Shown one piece after another: positions 35,872 to 47,885 of a DNA stretch of 64,000 nt. Under the pieces are notes generated by a model, which saw nothing but the letters and a program-made list of their open reading frames with translations, was not told where the DNA came from and did no database searches. A program made the translations under genes and the position numbers. The stretch comes from Vicugna vicugna (taxonomy: Eukaryota), in NCBI GenBank assembly GCA_013265495.1, contig MU058045.1, positions 779,986 through 843,985 on the forward strand, written 5' to 3'. Every line of letters starts with the position of its first letter. The first letter of the stretch is position 1.

Positions 35872-37170
35872 GTAAGACCAGGAGAGAATTAGTACTTCAC
35901 GTGATTTGTTTAAGCTCTGAGGTCTGAAAACCCTCCCCTTCCTGAGGCTGTGTGTGTGTGTGTGAGTGAATATTGGCTTATGTGCTTACGAATGATGAAT
36001 TGACATTACAACCAATCAGTTAATAGTTATTTAATCACTGAGATTAAGTGAAGTGTCTATTTAATTTCTCCTGTTTTACCTTAAATTTTCTCTTAATTTT
36101 ATTGTCTGGTTTCAGGGTTGGTATACTTTCCCCCAGATGGTAAGTCTTTTAGGCTTTGCAGGGTGAGAGGCCAAGTTCTCACCTCTTTGAGTATCCATTC
36201 TCGACAAAAGGATAAGTGTTGTTTTTTTTCCTTTTTTTTTTTACATTTTAAAATGTACAAATCATCCTTAGCTTAGAGGCTGTTTTTTTTTTTTTTTAAA
36301 AAAAACAGTGGTGGGATATGGCAAGGAAATAGATTTTTTAGGAAATCAATGAGTCCATGCCAATATCTTTGATTCTAATCCAACACCTCAGGGTTCTTTG
36401 TAACGTCCCCATTCCAAATTACTGTTTTCCTTTTCCTGCAGTGAGAACCCAAGTTTCCAAAAGCATTGATAGATTTTTGCTCGTTTGGTCTCTCTTACAG
36501 TTTATAGAAAATAGTTTCAGAATTCATAGCACCACTACGAATACTAAGTAAAGTTTGAGTTTGTGTCTTTCTTTTTTTTTTGAGAGTGTCCCACTAAGGC
36601 TACTGAGGTTATTCTGTTTTAAAGTTGTTAGAATTGATGCTTTTTTTTTCTGTGTCTTATTCTCTCCTTTGTCATTTTCAGGGTTTGCTTTTTTCCCTAA
36701 CCTTGCCGATTTAATTTTAAATATCCAAACTGTTTACATTGTTCATAATTCAAAATTTGCCCTCTTACAAAGTTATACTCAAAGTCTTCTTCCCATCCTA
36801 CTCTTTTCCATGCCTTTTTCACCTACTTCTTAGAGGTCACCTATTTAAATTAATTTCTCATTTATTCTTCTTGTGTTACTTTTTGCAGAAATAAGCCTGT
36901 GTGTGTGTGTTCTCATTTCTCTTCCTCTAACATGAAAGTTACTCCTTTGTATCTTGTCTTTTTCACTTAATATATCACAGAAATCCCTCCAATTCATTGA
37001 GATCTTTGTTCTTCTTCAGGGCTGTATGCTACTCTGTTGTGTATACCCTAGTTCATTACTCTGTCTCCTAAGAACGGGCATTTAGATTGTTTCCAGTCTG
37101 CTGCTGTTATAAATAATGCTGCAATAAATAGCTTTGTGATTTTATTTTTGTATTTGTGGAGGTTCTTTTA

Positions 37171-37674
37171 TTTATTTTTTCAGATTTAACTTTATCTCAT
37201 TTTTTTGGTATATATTTTTATTGAAGTATAGTCAGTCTATAATGTGTCAATTTCTGGTGTACAGCATAATGCTTCAGTCATACATGAATATGAATATATT
37301 CATTTTCACATTCTTTTTCACCATAAGTTACTACAAGATATTGAATATAGTTTCCTGTGCTATACAGTATGAACTTGTTGTTTATTTTATGTATATTAGT
37401 ATCTACAAATCTCGAACTCCCAATTAATCCCTTCCCACCTCTTTCCCCGCTGGTAACCATAAGTTTGTTTCTATGTCTGTGAGTCTGTTTCTGTTTTGTT
37501 AATAAGTTCCTTTGTCCTTTTTTTTTTTTTTTTTTTTTTTTCCACATTTGAGTTTTTTTTTTTGTNNNNNNNNNNNNNNNNNNNNNNNNNNNNNNNNNNN
37601 NNNNNNNNNNNGACGATCTCCCATCCATGTTGCTGCAAATGACATTATTTTATTATTTTTTTATGGCTGAATAG
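37171..37674 (-). mobile_element. 5'-truncated L1 with 20-bp TSD (contains an N gap)
   Basis: TSD TATTTGTGGAGGTTCTTTTA (37151-37170) / TATTTGTGGAAGTTCTTTTA (37675-37694); L1 3'UTR in antisense. Confidence 0.9.
37566..37611. other. Assembly gap (46 N)
   Basis: Run of N beside a poly-T tract. Confidence 1.
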
Positions 37675-40219
37675 TATTTGTGGAAGTTCTTTTAAGGGTG
37701 AATTCTCAGAACCAGGACACGTGTGATTTTTTTTTTTCTTCCACTCATTGCCAAATTCCCCTCCAGAGGGGCTGTCACCTTTGGCACCCTGCCTGCAGTG
37801 CTTCTTCACAGCCTGGCCAGTAGAGGGTGTTGTTGTTCTTCTGAATTTTTGCCAGCCTGTTAAGTGAGATAAAATATTTTAATGTAGTTTCATTTCATTT
37901 ATTTTTAACTGAAATGTAATTGATTTACAATATTATATTAGTTTCAGGTATACAACATACTGGTTCGATACTTTTGTACATCACAAAATGATCACCAGGA
38001 TAATTCTAGTTATCATTTGTCACCGTACAAAGTTATTACAGTGTTACTGACTGTGTTCCCAATGCTGTACATTACATCTTCATGACTTATTTATTTTATA
38101 ACTGGGAGTTTAAACTCCCTGACCTTCCAGTGTAGTTTTAAAGTTGCATTTTTCATATTATGAATCGAATGAAGTATGTTTTCACTTACTTAAGCCCTAT
38201 ATGTATGTATTCTGTGAACAAACTTCTTGTCTTTTGCCCATTTTTCTATTGGATTGTTTGTCTTTTTAATCTTTAAGAGCTCCTCATATATGAGGGAGAT
38301 TAGCTCTTTGTGATATACTGTAATTATTTCCTCTCCTTTATCATTTGTTGTTTGACTTTGCCTTTGGTATCTCCTGTCATGTGAAAGTATTTTTCTTTTT
38401 TAATGAAGTTGACAATTTTTAATCACCTCTGTGTTTTAACTCATAGCTTTTGCTGCTTATGGTTATAAAGGAATTTATTCCTGGTTTCTTCTAGCAAATG
38501 TATGGTTTCTTTTTTTACATTTAGATCTCTTGATCCATTTAACCAGAATCATCTTCTTGGATCGTTAGATTGTTAGATTATTTCTAATTATAAATGAGTT
38601 TTCAGTGTGGCTGAAATATTGCCTAGATTAGAATAAATTCCTCAATGTAGGCTTTCTGGATTTAGGTTGTATAAAATTTTAAGCATTTTGGAAATGTCTC
38701 AGAATTACATTTCTATACCAGTTCTGATTATCTTTACAAAATCCTTCTCACTCAGGTGAAAGTATATAATAGTTTAATATGGATTTTTTGGATCACTTAT
38801 GCCTTTGAACATCTTTTTGTATATCTATTGGATATTTGTATTTCTTCCTTTATGAATTGCCTGCTATATATATGTCATATATATATATCCTTAACCTAAC
38901 TTATTTCTTAATTTCAAAGTGTTCTTTAAATATATGTTTAAGTGTATTAAGCTTTGATCTGGCATATTTGGTACAAGCATTTTTTGTATTAATTTGGATT
39001 TTGACTTTGCAAATGACTTTTTAAAAAAACATATACTTGTTTTTAAATTTTATTTGAAATTATCAGTATTTTTATTTATGGCCTTTTCTTGTAGGAGAAG
39101 AGGAGATAATGCTTTAGAAGGGCCTTAAACACCCAGAGGGTATAGAAATATTTTGCCTAATTATCTAAATTTTCTTTAACTTTCCTCCTGTTTTTAATTT
39201 TTTTTAAAACACATACATTTTTATAATATTTGAAATATATTTTGTGTACTCTAGGCATCTAATTTTTCCCATTTGCTAAATTATTAATTCCCTTCCCCCC
39301 CAAGATATGAAATATTCCTTATTTCATTCACTGAATTTTTATACAACTACACTGTTTCTGAAACTTCTCTTCTGTTGCACCAGGGAAGCCATTGATAAGT
39401 GCCAGCATTGTACTCCTGTAGTTTTGTGTAAAGATTTAATATCTATTTGTTTAAGGCCCCCTTTGTTACACATATCCATGATCTTTCTATATTTCCTTTC
39501 ATTTATCCTCCTTTAAGAGTAATTTGCATAGCTTCATTGAAAAGAATTTTGTACCTCGGTTATCACCTCTTCTCCTGTAGGAAAGCTCCACATGGGATTT
39601 TGAATAAATGTATAGTGTATTTGTAGATTTAATTGGGAAGCTGTTACACTTTCGCAATTTTGAGTGTTTCCTTTTACTCATTCCTTCAGCAATATTTCCT
39701 GCAGTTACTATATGCCAGGCACTGTGCTAGATATTTTAAAGATTTTATTGATATTGTTAATGATGTTTAAAAATAATTTTGAAACTTCTCCCTGGCTGTT
39801 ACTTGGATTTAGGAATGCCCTGGATTTTTTCACTTTGGGATTGATCACCATCCTGAAATCTTTACCTGTTTCTAGTCATCTTTCAGTTGATCCTCTTCAC
39901 TGTCCCAAATAGACTATTATCAATCTGCAGATAATGAGAATTTCACCTCCTTTCCAGCCCTTATGTATTTCTTTAACTTGTCTAATTGCATTGGTTAGAA
40001 CTTCTAGAGCGCAGTTAAATAGTATTACAGTTATGGCAGTACTCACCCATTCTTACTTTTCTTTCTTTTTGTTTTTAATTAACTTCCCCCATGCTGTATT
40101 AGTCGTGTGTTTATTCTGTCTTTAGTAATTAACACCATTAGCTTTATTATTAGATTTTCTAACATCAAACTATTCTTAAATTACTCGGATAAATTTTACT
40201 TGGGGATGGTATGTTGTCT

Positions 40220-40369
40220 TTTTTTAAAAAAATGTGTTTCTTTTTTGGGGGCAGTGGGGAGGTAATTATGTTTGTTTATTTATTTATTTAAATAGAGGTC
40301 CTGGGGAATGAACCCAGGACCTTGTGCATGCTAAGCACGCCCTCTTCCACTGAGCTATACCCTGCCCCC
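40220..40369 (-). mobile_element. tRNA-Ala-derived SINE (camelid Vic-1-like)
   Basis: Reverse complement GGGGGCAGGGTATAGCTCAGTGGAAGAGGGCGTGCTTAGCATGCACAAGGTCCTGGGTTCATTCCCCAG; flanking TGTTGTC direct repeat. Confidence 0.85.
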
Positions 40370-41942
40370 ATTGTTGTCATTTTTAATGTAATTCTGAATT
40401 TGTGTCGCTAATATTTTTAAAGACTTTTACATTTATAATCCTTAAGGGAGATGGACAAGTGGTTTCCTTTTTTCCCTTATCTGTCAGTGTATCTGTAGGG
40501 TTGTGTTTGCTTAAAATATGAAGTAGGCTTTCCATCATTTTCTGTGCTTTGAAAAACTTCTGATAAATTATTGTGATGGAAGTTCTTTCCTGATTATGAA
40601 AGTAATCGTTTTCCTATAAAATACTAAGAAATCCCACTACTTAGAGATAACCACCCTTGACGTTTTGATGTGTTTAGTTCCCAGGTGACTTCTCTCTGTG
40701 TGAGTGTGACTTGGTTTCTTTTTCTTTTAATAAATTATGGTGGATATCTTACTATGTTAACCACTTTAGATTTCAGTCATACTTTTTAATGGCTACATAC
40801 TCTTTCACCTGTTGAATGCTTTTGGCCTTGAATTTTGTAGACTCTTCTTAGACCTGGTGTGTGTGTGTGTAAGTGTGTAAGAATATGTGTTGTGCCTTTT
40901 TTGTTTGTCTATTTTACTCTTTACTTCTTGAATGAGGAGGGATCTGCCTTCCTTGGCGTTCTCCCATGAACACTGTGGGTGGTTTTTCCGTGGTTCCCAG
41001 AGGTATTACAATAGTTAGGGTTAGACTTTCCTTGGCTGCTGATACCTTGGAGTGTGTAGCCCTTGGCCAGCCTCTGATGTTCTGCTGTATTTTCCTTATC
41101 GGGACCCTGCTAATCTAAGGAGAGAGCCCCTGCTTCTGCTGCCGTTGTGTAATTGCTCCTTTGAACAAGGTAGCAAGTGAAACCTGGGATATTCTGCCTT
41201 TTTAAACATATCTCTGATTGCATTCATAGGTGACTGTGTTTACTTGACATGGGTAGTTTTATTTTTCATATTTTTAAAGTCCTGGGAGGCTTTCTCCCCA
41301 CCCCTCCACCGATCCTTTAAGGTGGCACTTAGAGTCACAAACAAAAATTGACTCGGGGTTTGTGAATTGGAGAAAATTGATGCGCTCCTGGAAAGAGAGT
41401 CACATGAGGTTGAAACTGCTTTTTATACAAGAGGAGCGTTAACTGCTATGAAACTTGTAATGAGTTATGAGTACCCCAGTGTGTTTAGAGAATACTGGCC
41501 AGGATGGCAGTGGGATCTGACATCTTGTTCTTTGAAGCATGGCTGAGGGAACAGTTGGGTTTTTACTGGTGAACAAAGACTGGGGGGATGCAGTTCCCTG
41601 CATGGCTCCGAGGTGGACAAACAGGATCAAAGGGTGGGTGCTCAGGGGACAGAAGTCAGCTGATTGTGAGAGCAAAGTGAGTTTCCAGTCAGTGTCAGGA
41701 TTCAGGTCTGGACTGGCTTACCACCTGGTCAGGTTGTACAGTGTCTGGACCAGGTGACTGGTAAGAATCTATATGAAAAAAAAAAATTCCATACAAGCCC
41801 AAGGTTGTTGTCGGGAGGCTCAGCGTCCCTTCCAGCCCACCCTTGGTGGAATCATAGTGTGAAAAGCAGCATTTACATGCTATGTGGCGGCGATCTCACA
41901 CCTCTGGACTGGCATACTTAGGCTGTGTTCTTTTCTTTTCAG

Positions 41943-42037
41943 CTTACCGTGACAATCAGAGCTTTGTTGCAGAAACTGAAGGAAAAGATCGCCCTTTTGA
42001 AGGACTTATTGCTAAGAGCTGTGTCAACACATCAGAT
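41943..42037 (+). CDS. STX8: Syntaxin-8 exon 3 (LTVTIRALLQKLKEKIALLKDLLLRAVSTHQ/I)
   Basis: Acceptor TTTCAG|C; donor GAT|GTATCCAT (U12-like); 95 nt. Confidence 0.95.
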
Positions 42038-42681
42038 GTATCCATGTAAACATTTCCACCTCTTTCTAGAGTGGGAGGAAAAGCAGTCTTATTTTAAGAA
42101 AGGAAGGAATCTGGGCCACCCAGATTTTTCCACAGCTTGAGGAAGACCTGATTTCCCAAATATTGCCTGTAATCTAGATTTCTATTTTAAGTGCCTGTTA
42201 CATGTTTTACAGTGAATATGCTGGCGAAGCAAGACATGCTGCGGGAATTAACTTAGTTCGGTGTAGCTTTCACAGTGCAGGAAGCGCGTGCTTTCTGTCA
42301 ACACCACGTTTACGCAGAGCCCTGCACGGCTACCTGTCTGGCCTGCCTTGAAGGTGGTCCACAGTTGCCGCTCCAACGGGAGGACATCCACGATGCTTCT
42401 AAGCTGTGCTTCTGCGTCTGCAGTTCCCAGGGTTTTGAATGGTTCATTTTCTTTTTTTGAGAGGCCAGTACCCGTAGAAACCATGCATTCCCTCCCCTCA
42501 CCCACCAGTTATACAGATTGTTGAAATGTGACTTCTTTGCCTAATTGTTCCAGAGGTCCAGACACTACCCTTGGTTTTGGAGTTTCGGGGGTGTGGGGGT
42601 GGGAGGCACTTGCATGAAGCAAGTTGTGCCGTCACTTCAACCTCCCACTGCCAATGTCAAGTATTAAAATCTTTTCTTTTA

Positions 42682-42806
42682 GGGGAAGGGTATAGCTCAG
42701 TGGTAGAGCTTATCCTTAGCATGCACGAGGTCCCGGGTTCTATCCCCAGTGCCTCCACTAAAATGAATAAATAAACCTAGTTACCTCCACCAACCAATAA
42801 ATAAAT
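42682..42806 (+). mobile_element. tRNA-Ala-derived SINE (camelid Vic-1-like)
   Basis: GGGGAAGGGTATAGCTCAGTGGTAGAG...AGCATGCACGAGGTCCCGGGTTCTATCCCCAGTGCCTCCA plus AATAAA-rich tail. Confidence 0.87.
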
Positions 42807-45800
42807 AGTAAGTAATCTTTAAAATATATTTTTCTTTAGAAGTTCAGAATCTGATCAGTTTAGGAAAATGCATGTGACCTGTTACATAAACTGATCCTTT
42901 AAACCCAAGGTTATATTGATTTGAAAACAAACCTCAAACTGGTCCCCTTTATCATTCCTTTTCATTGTCAGTAGTTTGTACCAAAGACCCCTACTTTGAT
43001 CTTCCAGGAAATAGTTGTTACTGCCTAATTTTAAACATGGGAAAATGTGGGAATATAGCTTTTCAGATAAAACAATAGAAGATGTTTTAAAAAAATATTT
43101 TTTTCTCCAAGAATAACCCCTTCATGTCACCAGGGATGTTGGTTTAGATTAGTTGCATGATTTCCAATATTCAGTTATTAACTCACTAAGGTTTCAGGTA
43201 AAAGTTTAATTTCAGTGGACAATTGGGGCCTTATTTTTAACACAATTGGAGTACTCTGATACATTTAGTTTGTAACTGCATAATCGGTGTAACCATCTAC
43301 ACGGATCTAGTATCATTTGTTACTGCACAGTCTTAAAAATCCGTTAAGTCTTACTATATAGACCTCAGGTGGTTTCATCTGGCAGGGCTGTTTTCTCCAC
43401 TTTCAGTACTGAGTGCTTGGACGTCTCCACGTGGGATCAAGGTGTTAATGTTCCCTAAATCATAAGTGTTAGAAATGTAGCTAAATATTGTTTCATAGTA
43501 TAATACTAATAACTGTATTTGCTAACAGGTAACTGATATAGGCAAGAAAGAGATAAATTAATGGCTTTTACTTTTTCTCTGTTAATTTCTGCTAGTTCCT
43601 AATTACAGGGTGTATAATTGTAGTAAGTCAAGAGTAATAATTGACTTTGTTCTTCTGAATGTCTGCAGTCTGACCATCTTTTGAAATCTCACAGACTCTG
43701 GTTTTTTGGTGATCTATGAACTTGCTGAATTAAGCACCAAGCGTTTAAAAACACCAAACAGAGCTGTTAATTTAAATGCATTATGAAAATATTTAAGGAC
43801 CTTAATGTGAATAATTTAGAATTTCCTAAGAGAACTCAAAAACTCAAGTGGAATATAGCCACTTTCTTTAAAATTCTGTTTTTCTCCCCCAAATAATTCG
43901 GTCTGTTTCTACCAGAACTGCAACCAATACTAGGAATGGTGTTCAGATAACCCACCACACGGGGGCGCTCGCAAACCTCTGTATTTTCAGGGAGACCATT
44001 TCTTTTGATCAAATGAAAAGGTGGAGGTAGCATCTATTTTACAAAGGCCTCTATTTAATTCTCCTCTTCTTCACATCTTCCTTTTCCCTGACCTACCTCT
44101 TCCTAAACACTGAAAGTAATTCTGTGACAGTTATCCTCCAGATTTAAGATGTATCAGATAGCAACCCATCAGACCCAGTAACCTCGTATTATTAATTTGT
44201 TTTGGTGGTTCTCATCCTCCTTTACAAAAAAGGAATTGAGGCCAGGTTGAAATTGCACCTCAGGTCACAGATGGACTTGAAAAGAGAGTACAGCATTCAA
44301 GCAGAAGAATTTTTTTTTTTTAACCCTGAGAAGAATCTTTAAGAGCTTAAGTAACTTGCCCAGAACCCCACAGCTGAGAAACAGAAAGCCAGGATTCCAG
44401 TGCAGGGCTGTCTGGACCCAACACCGGTTGTTTAAAAGCTGAATTCTCCTCTAGCAGATAGAATACAGTCCACTCTGACCCAGCATGTCTTCAGCTAGAA
44501 TTCCCTATTACTTGGCACGTTGCTGTAATTCCAGGACAAATCCTGTTTATAATGCAAATCCTCAAGACCCTTCTTAATCATCAGAAAGATTAAACAGTGT
44601 TCACTGTGGTTTATTAGGTATACTTTATGATGTTGTAATTCTTAGAAAAATTTTTGTCCATAAATCGCCAGTAGAGTGACTTTTTAATCCTTTTTCTGGA
44701 GGCATAATTAATGTTGGGTGACTTTTTTAATGTGGGTATTTGAATAACACATTTCCTAACCGTGTTGGGTAGTTGAGAGTTTATGGTACTTTATTGAATA
44801 AATTTATGCCTCTCTGCATTCGTGAAGTTTTCCAAAGAACACTAGGAGTTGCCAGAAAGATAAGTCCTATGAAAATGCCTTCCAAACAATTAAATTCAGG
44901 GAGGTTAAGCATAAGATGTTAGTGCTCTTTCCTGAAAAAGGATTTTTCTTTGGCAGGAATAAATGTGAAATTAAAATGGAAGTGGCGTGCTTTTGAACCG
45001 GTTAGCTTGCAGTTTGTAATTCAGAGTCCCACAGCCAGAGAGTTTAAAATTGCTAGAAAACATTAAGTTCTGTTCACAGTGCTTCTTGGAGATGGAGATT
45101 ATAATGGCCTCACCATCTGAGAAAAGGTGTGTGCTGCCGGAGGCTGCCTGTGAAGTTTAGGTCTTCACTAACATTATTCGCAGCGTTGGCTTCATATGAA
45201 GCTTCTTGTCTTACTGGGTTTTTCAAAGGCAGCTCTTGTAGTACATTAAAGAGAACTCAGAAAATCTCCTTAAAAGGGGTTCAGCATTAAAAGGTATTTT
45301 GGTCTTTGGAGAAGTCCAGTAGAAATAAATTTTTAAAATCTATAAATAACTCTGCACCCTTTTGTATTTTGGGGGGAAAAGAGACGGGTAGACAGGTAAA
45401 TGGCTGGAGAGATGCTGCAGTCACCGTGTAACAAACCCGGAGGAACGTAGGTGTGGAGAGGCCAGCTGGATAGATTTTTGGGATAGCTGAAGGTGAAGTG
45501 GTTCTCAGACCCTGTGGGTGTCCAGGACAGTTTCCCTGGTGGCTTCTAGAAGGAGAAAGATGAGGACAAGACCATCTTTGTGTCAGAAATTTTCTGACTT
45601 ATAGTCCATGACATGGTTCTGTCTAGTTTGGGGTGTTAAAATTAAAATCTCCCTGCTTTTCACTGATAGTAAAATTAGATGGTAGTTTTTGTCTATTGTG
45701 GTTTTACAAATGTCCACACATGGCAAAATGTATAGTTAGTATACAGAAAGCCGCCTCCCGGTTTGTTGGAAATAGTTCTGCTCTGTGATATCCAGGAGTC

Positions 45801-47714
45801 TGGGCACCGTTGATGTGCTGAGAACAACGTGGGCTTTGGCTCCAGGCAGAACTGAGGCTGAAGACCAGCTCTGCTGCTTCCCCAAGGCCGGAGAGCTGTT
45901 TAGCCTTGCTTGACCTTAGTTTTGCTACCTGCAAAGTAGGAGTAATCGGACTTGCTTTCAGGTTGTTGTGAAGGCTGAAGAAAATATAAAGCCTCTCTCC
46001 AGACTAGCCCCCCCTAGAATTGTGGGTGTTGAATGAAAGGTGTTTATCGACACTTACTAACTGTGTAACCGTGGGCAAGTTATTTAACTTCTTTGTACCT
46101 TGTTTTCTTGTTTGTGAAATAGGGCTAAAATTACACCTGGTCTGTAGGATTGTCAGGAGGATTAAATTATGTGTCTAGAAGGCGCAAGCGTTCCTCGAGG
46201 ATTAGCTGCTACTTATTATTTTATCATTGCTAAAATGACAGCTGCCATTGAGAATTTACAGGTACTCCTTTTGTGGAGTTTATGGTCACATGAGGAGGTT
46301 ATATCAAAGCACACAGATAATGATGGTATTCAAGTACGACTTGCAAAATGTGATCAGTGCTTTGAGGAAGGTAAGGACCTGGCCTGGTACATAATAGATA
46401 CTCAGTAGAGTTTGTTAATTTAAAGTAAAATAAAATAATAGTTGAAGTGCTGTGTGAGCCAGAAAAATCTTCTGGTCTCTAGGACCTTAAGCTTCCTTGG
46501 TTATTCACCAGGCTGGTGGAAGAGGAGGTCCCAGCCCCGTCACTGACTGTGTGCCCAGTTATCTGCTTGTCCTCGTACCCTGTCCTCGCTTCCCCTCACT
46601 GTCTTGAGTCCACATCCATGCGATGTGATCCTCCCTGGACGATTCTTTGACCTCTTGTTAACGACGTCTGTAGAGTGTGCAGTGCAGAGGGCTGTTCAGG
46701 TACCTTCTCTACACACCCCCCGCCCTGCTTCTCCCTATGCTCTGTTCTCTCCATAGATTAAAATAAAAACAAGGAGGTAGAGGGAGTGCTCCTAACTGGT
46801 TAGTTTTCCTGGATTTACAGGGAGTCTCTGGGAATATTCTGAATTAGTATTACCAGTTACCGTTTTTAACAGGATGTGAAGAAGTGGCAGAGGGAAGTGA
46901 GCAGTACTGGGGGCCTCAGGGAGGAGGCGCCCCTGGAACGTGAGGTGGTCAAGCCGAGCACCAGGTGGTGGAAGAGCCCTGACCTTGAGCGGAGAGGGCC
47001 GGAATCTAGCCCGTTAATGCCATGACCAGTGTGTGCTGGCCACGCGGGGCCCTGGTTTCCTGGGCAGAACAAGAGCATCGGGTTAGGGGTCTCAGACCTC
47101 CTCTGCCATCAGCTGTTTGTGGTTTTGTTCTCCAGTCACCAGTCTTCTGAACATGATCACCAAGTGTTACTGCTCTTAAAACTGATGTTCTCTGTTAGTT
47201 TATTCTTAATCAGTTTAAATCTAGTGTCTGGTCAATTAAAAAACTTGCCTTTATAGTTTCTATTATAAAAAGTACCTATACACTTTATTTATTTTACATT
47301 ATTTTTATTTTATGTATATTTTAGTTATTTATTCTACCTCCACACTTCTTATTTTTGCCAGTGGCTTCTCTCTCTCCCTCATCCCTGTCCTGGTCCATCC
47401 TGTTCATAACAGACAGTGCTGGTGGTTGGCACCTGTCATCACAGACTTTCCTAGGCATGAACGAATATACCTGTAAATGTGAAATGCTTCTGATTTCAGA
47501 GGGTCATACTATACATGTGGTTCTGAAACTTTTTGTTAATTAGCGTATTAGAGAGTCAGAGTCCAAAGCAATATTCGATGGAAAGCCAGTCCCCCTCACA
47601 CCCTAATCCCCAGTTCCCTCTCTTTAGGGGCAGTTGTTTGTATCCTTCCAGAAATTTTCTCTGTATATACAAACATAAATGTCTTTGGTTTTTTAAAAAT
47701 TCTTTTTTGTAGGA

Positions 47715-47885
47715 TTTTTTTTGGGGGGGGAGAGGTAATAAGATTTATTTATTATTAAAATTTTTAAAACATTAAAATTTTTTTTTTAATTTTAATTTTT
47801 AACGGAGGTATGGGGAATTGAACCCAGGTCCTCATGCGTGCTAATAAGCATGTGCTCTGCCACTGAGCTATTCCTTCTTTCCCCC
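47715..47885 (-). mobile_element. tRNA-Ala-derived SINE (camelid Vic-1-like)
   Basis: Reverse complement ...aatagctcagtggcagagcacatgcttattagcacgcatgaggacctgggttcaattcccc; T-rich tail. Confidence 0.8.

Larger units (their letters stand above)
36700..40560 (-). mobile_element. Cluster of old L1 (L1M-type) fragments antisense to STX8, with younger nested insertions
   Basis: T-rich degenerate L1 text (gggcatttagattgtttccagt, tttgcccatttttctattgg, taattgcattggttagaacttctag). Confidence 0.6.

Noticed and set aside
42682..42760. tRNA-Ala gene calls at the SINE heads (also 16219, 40290, 47810, 61688)
   Set aside because: Stems are disrupted, there is no T-run terminator, and the copies share A-rich SINE tails.
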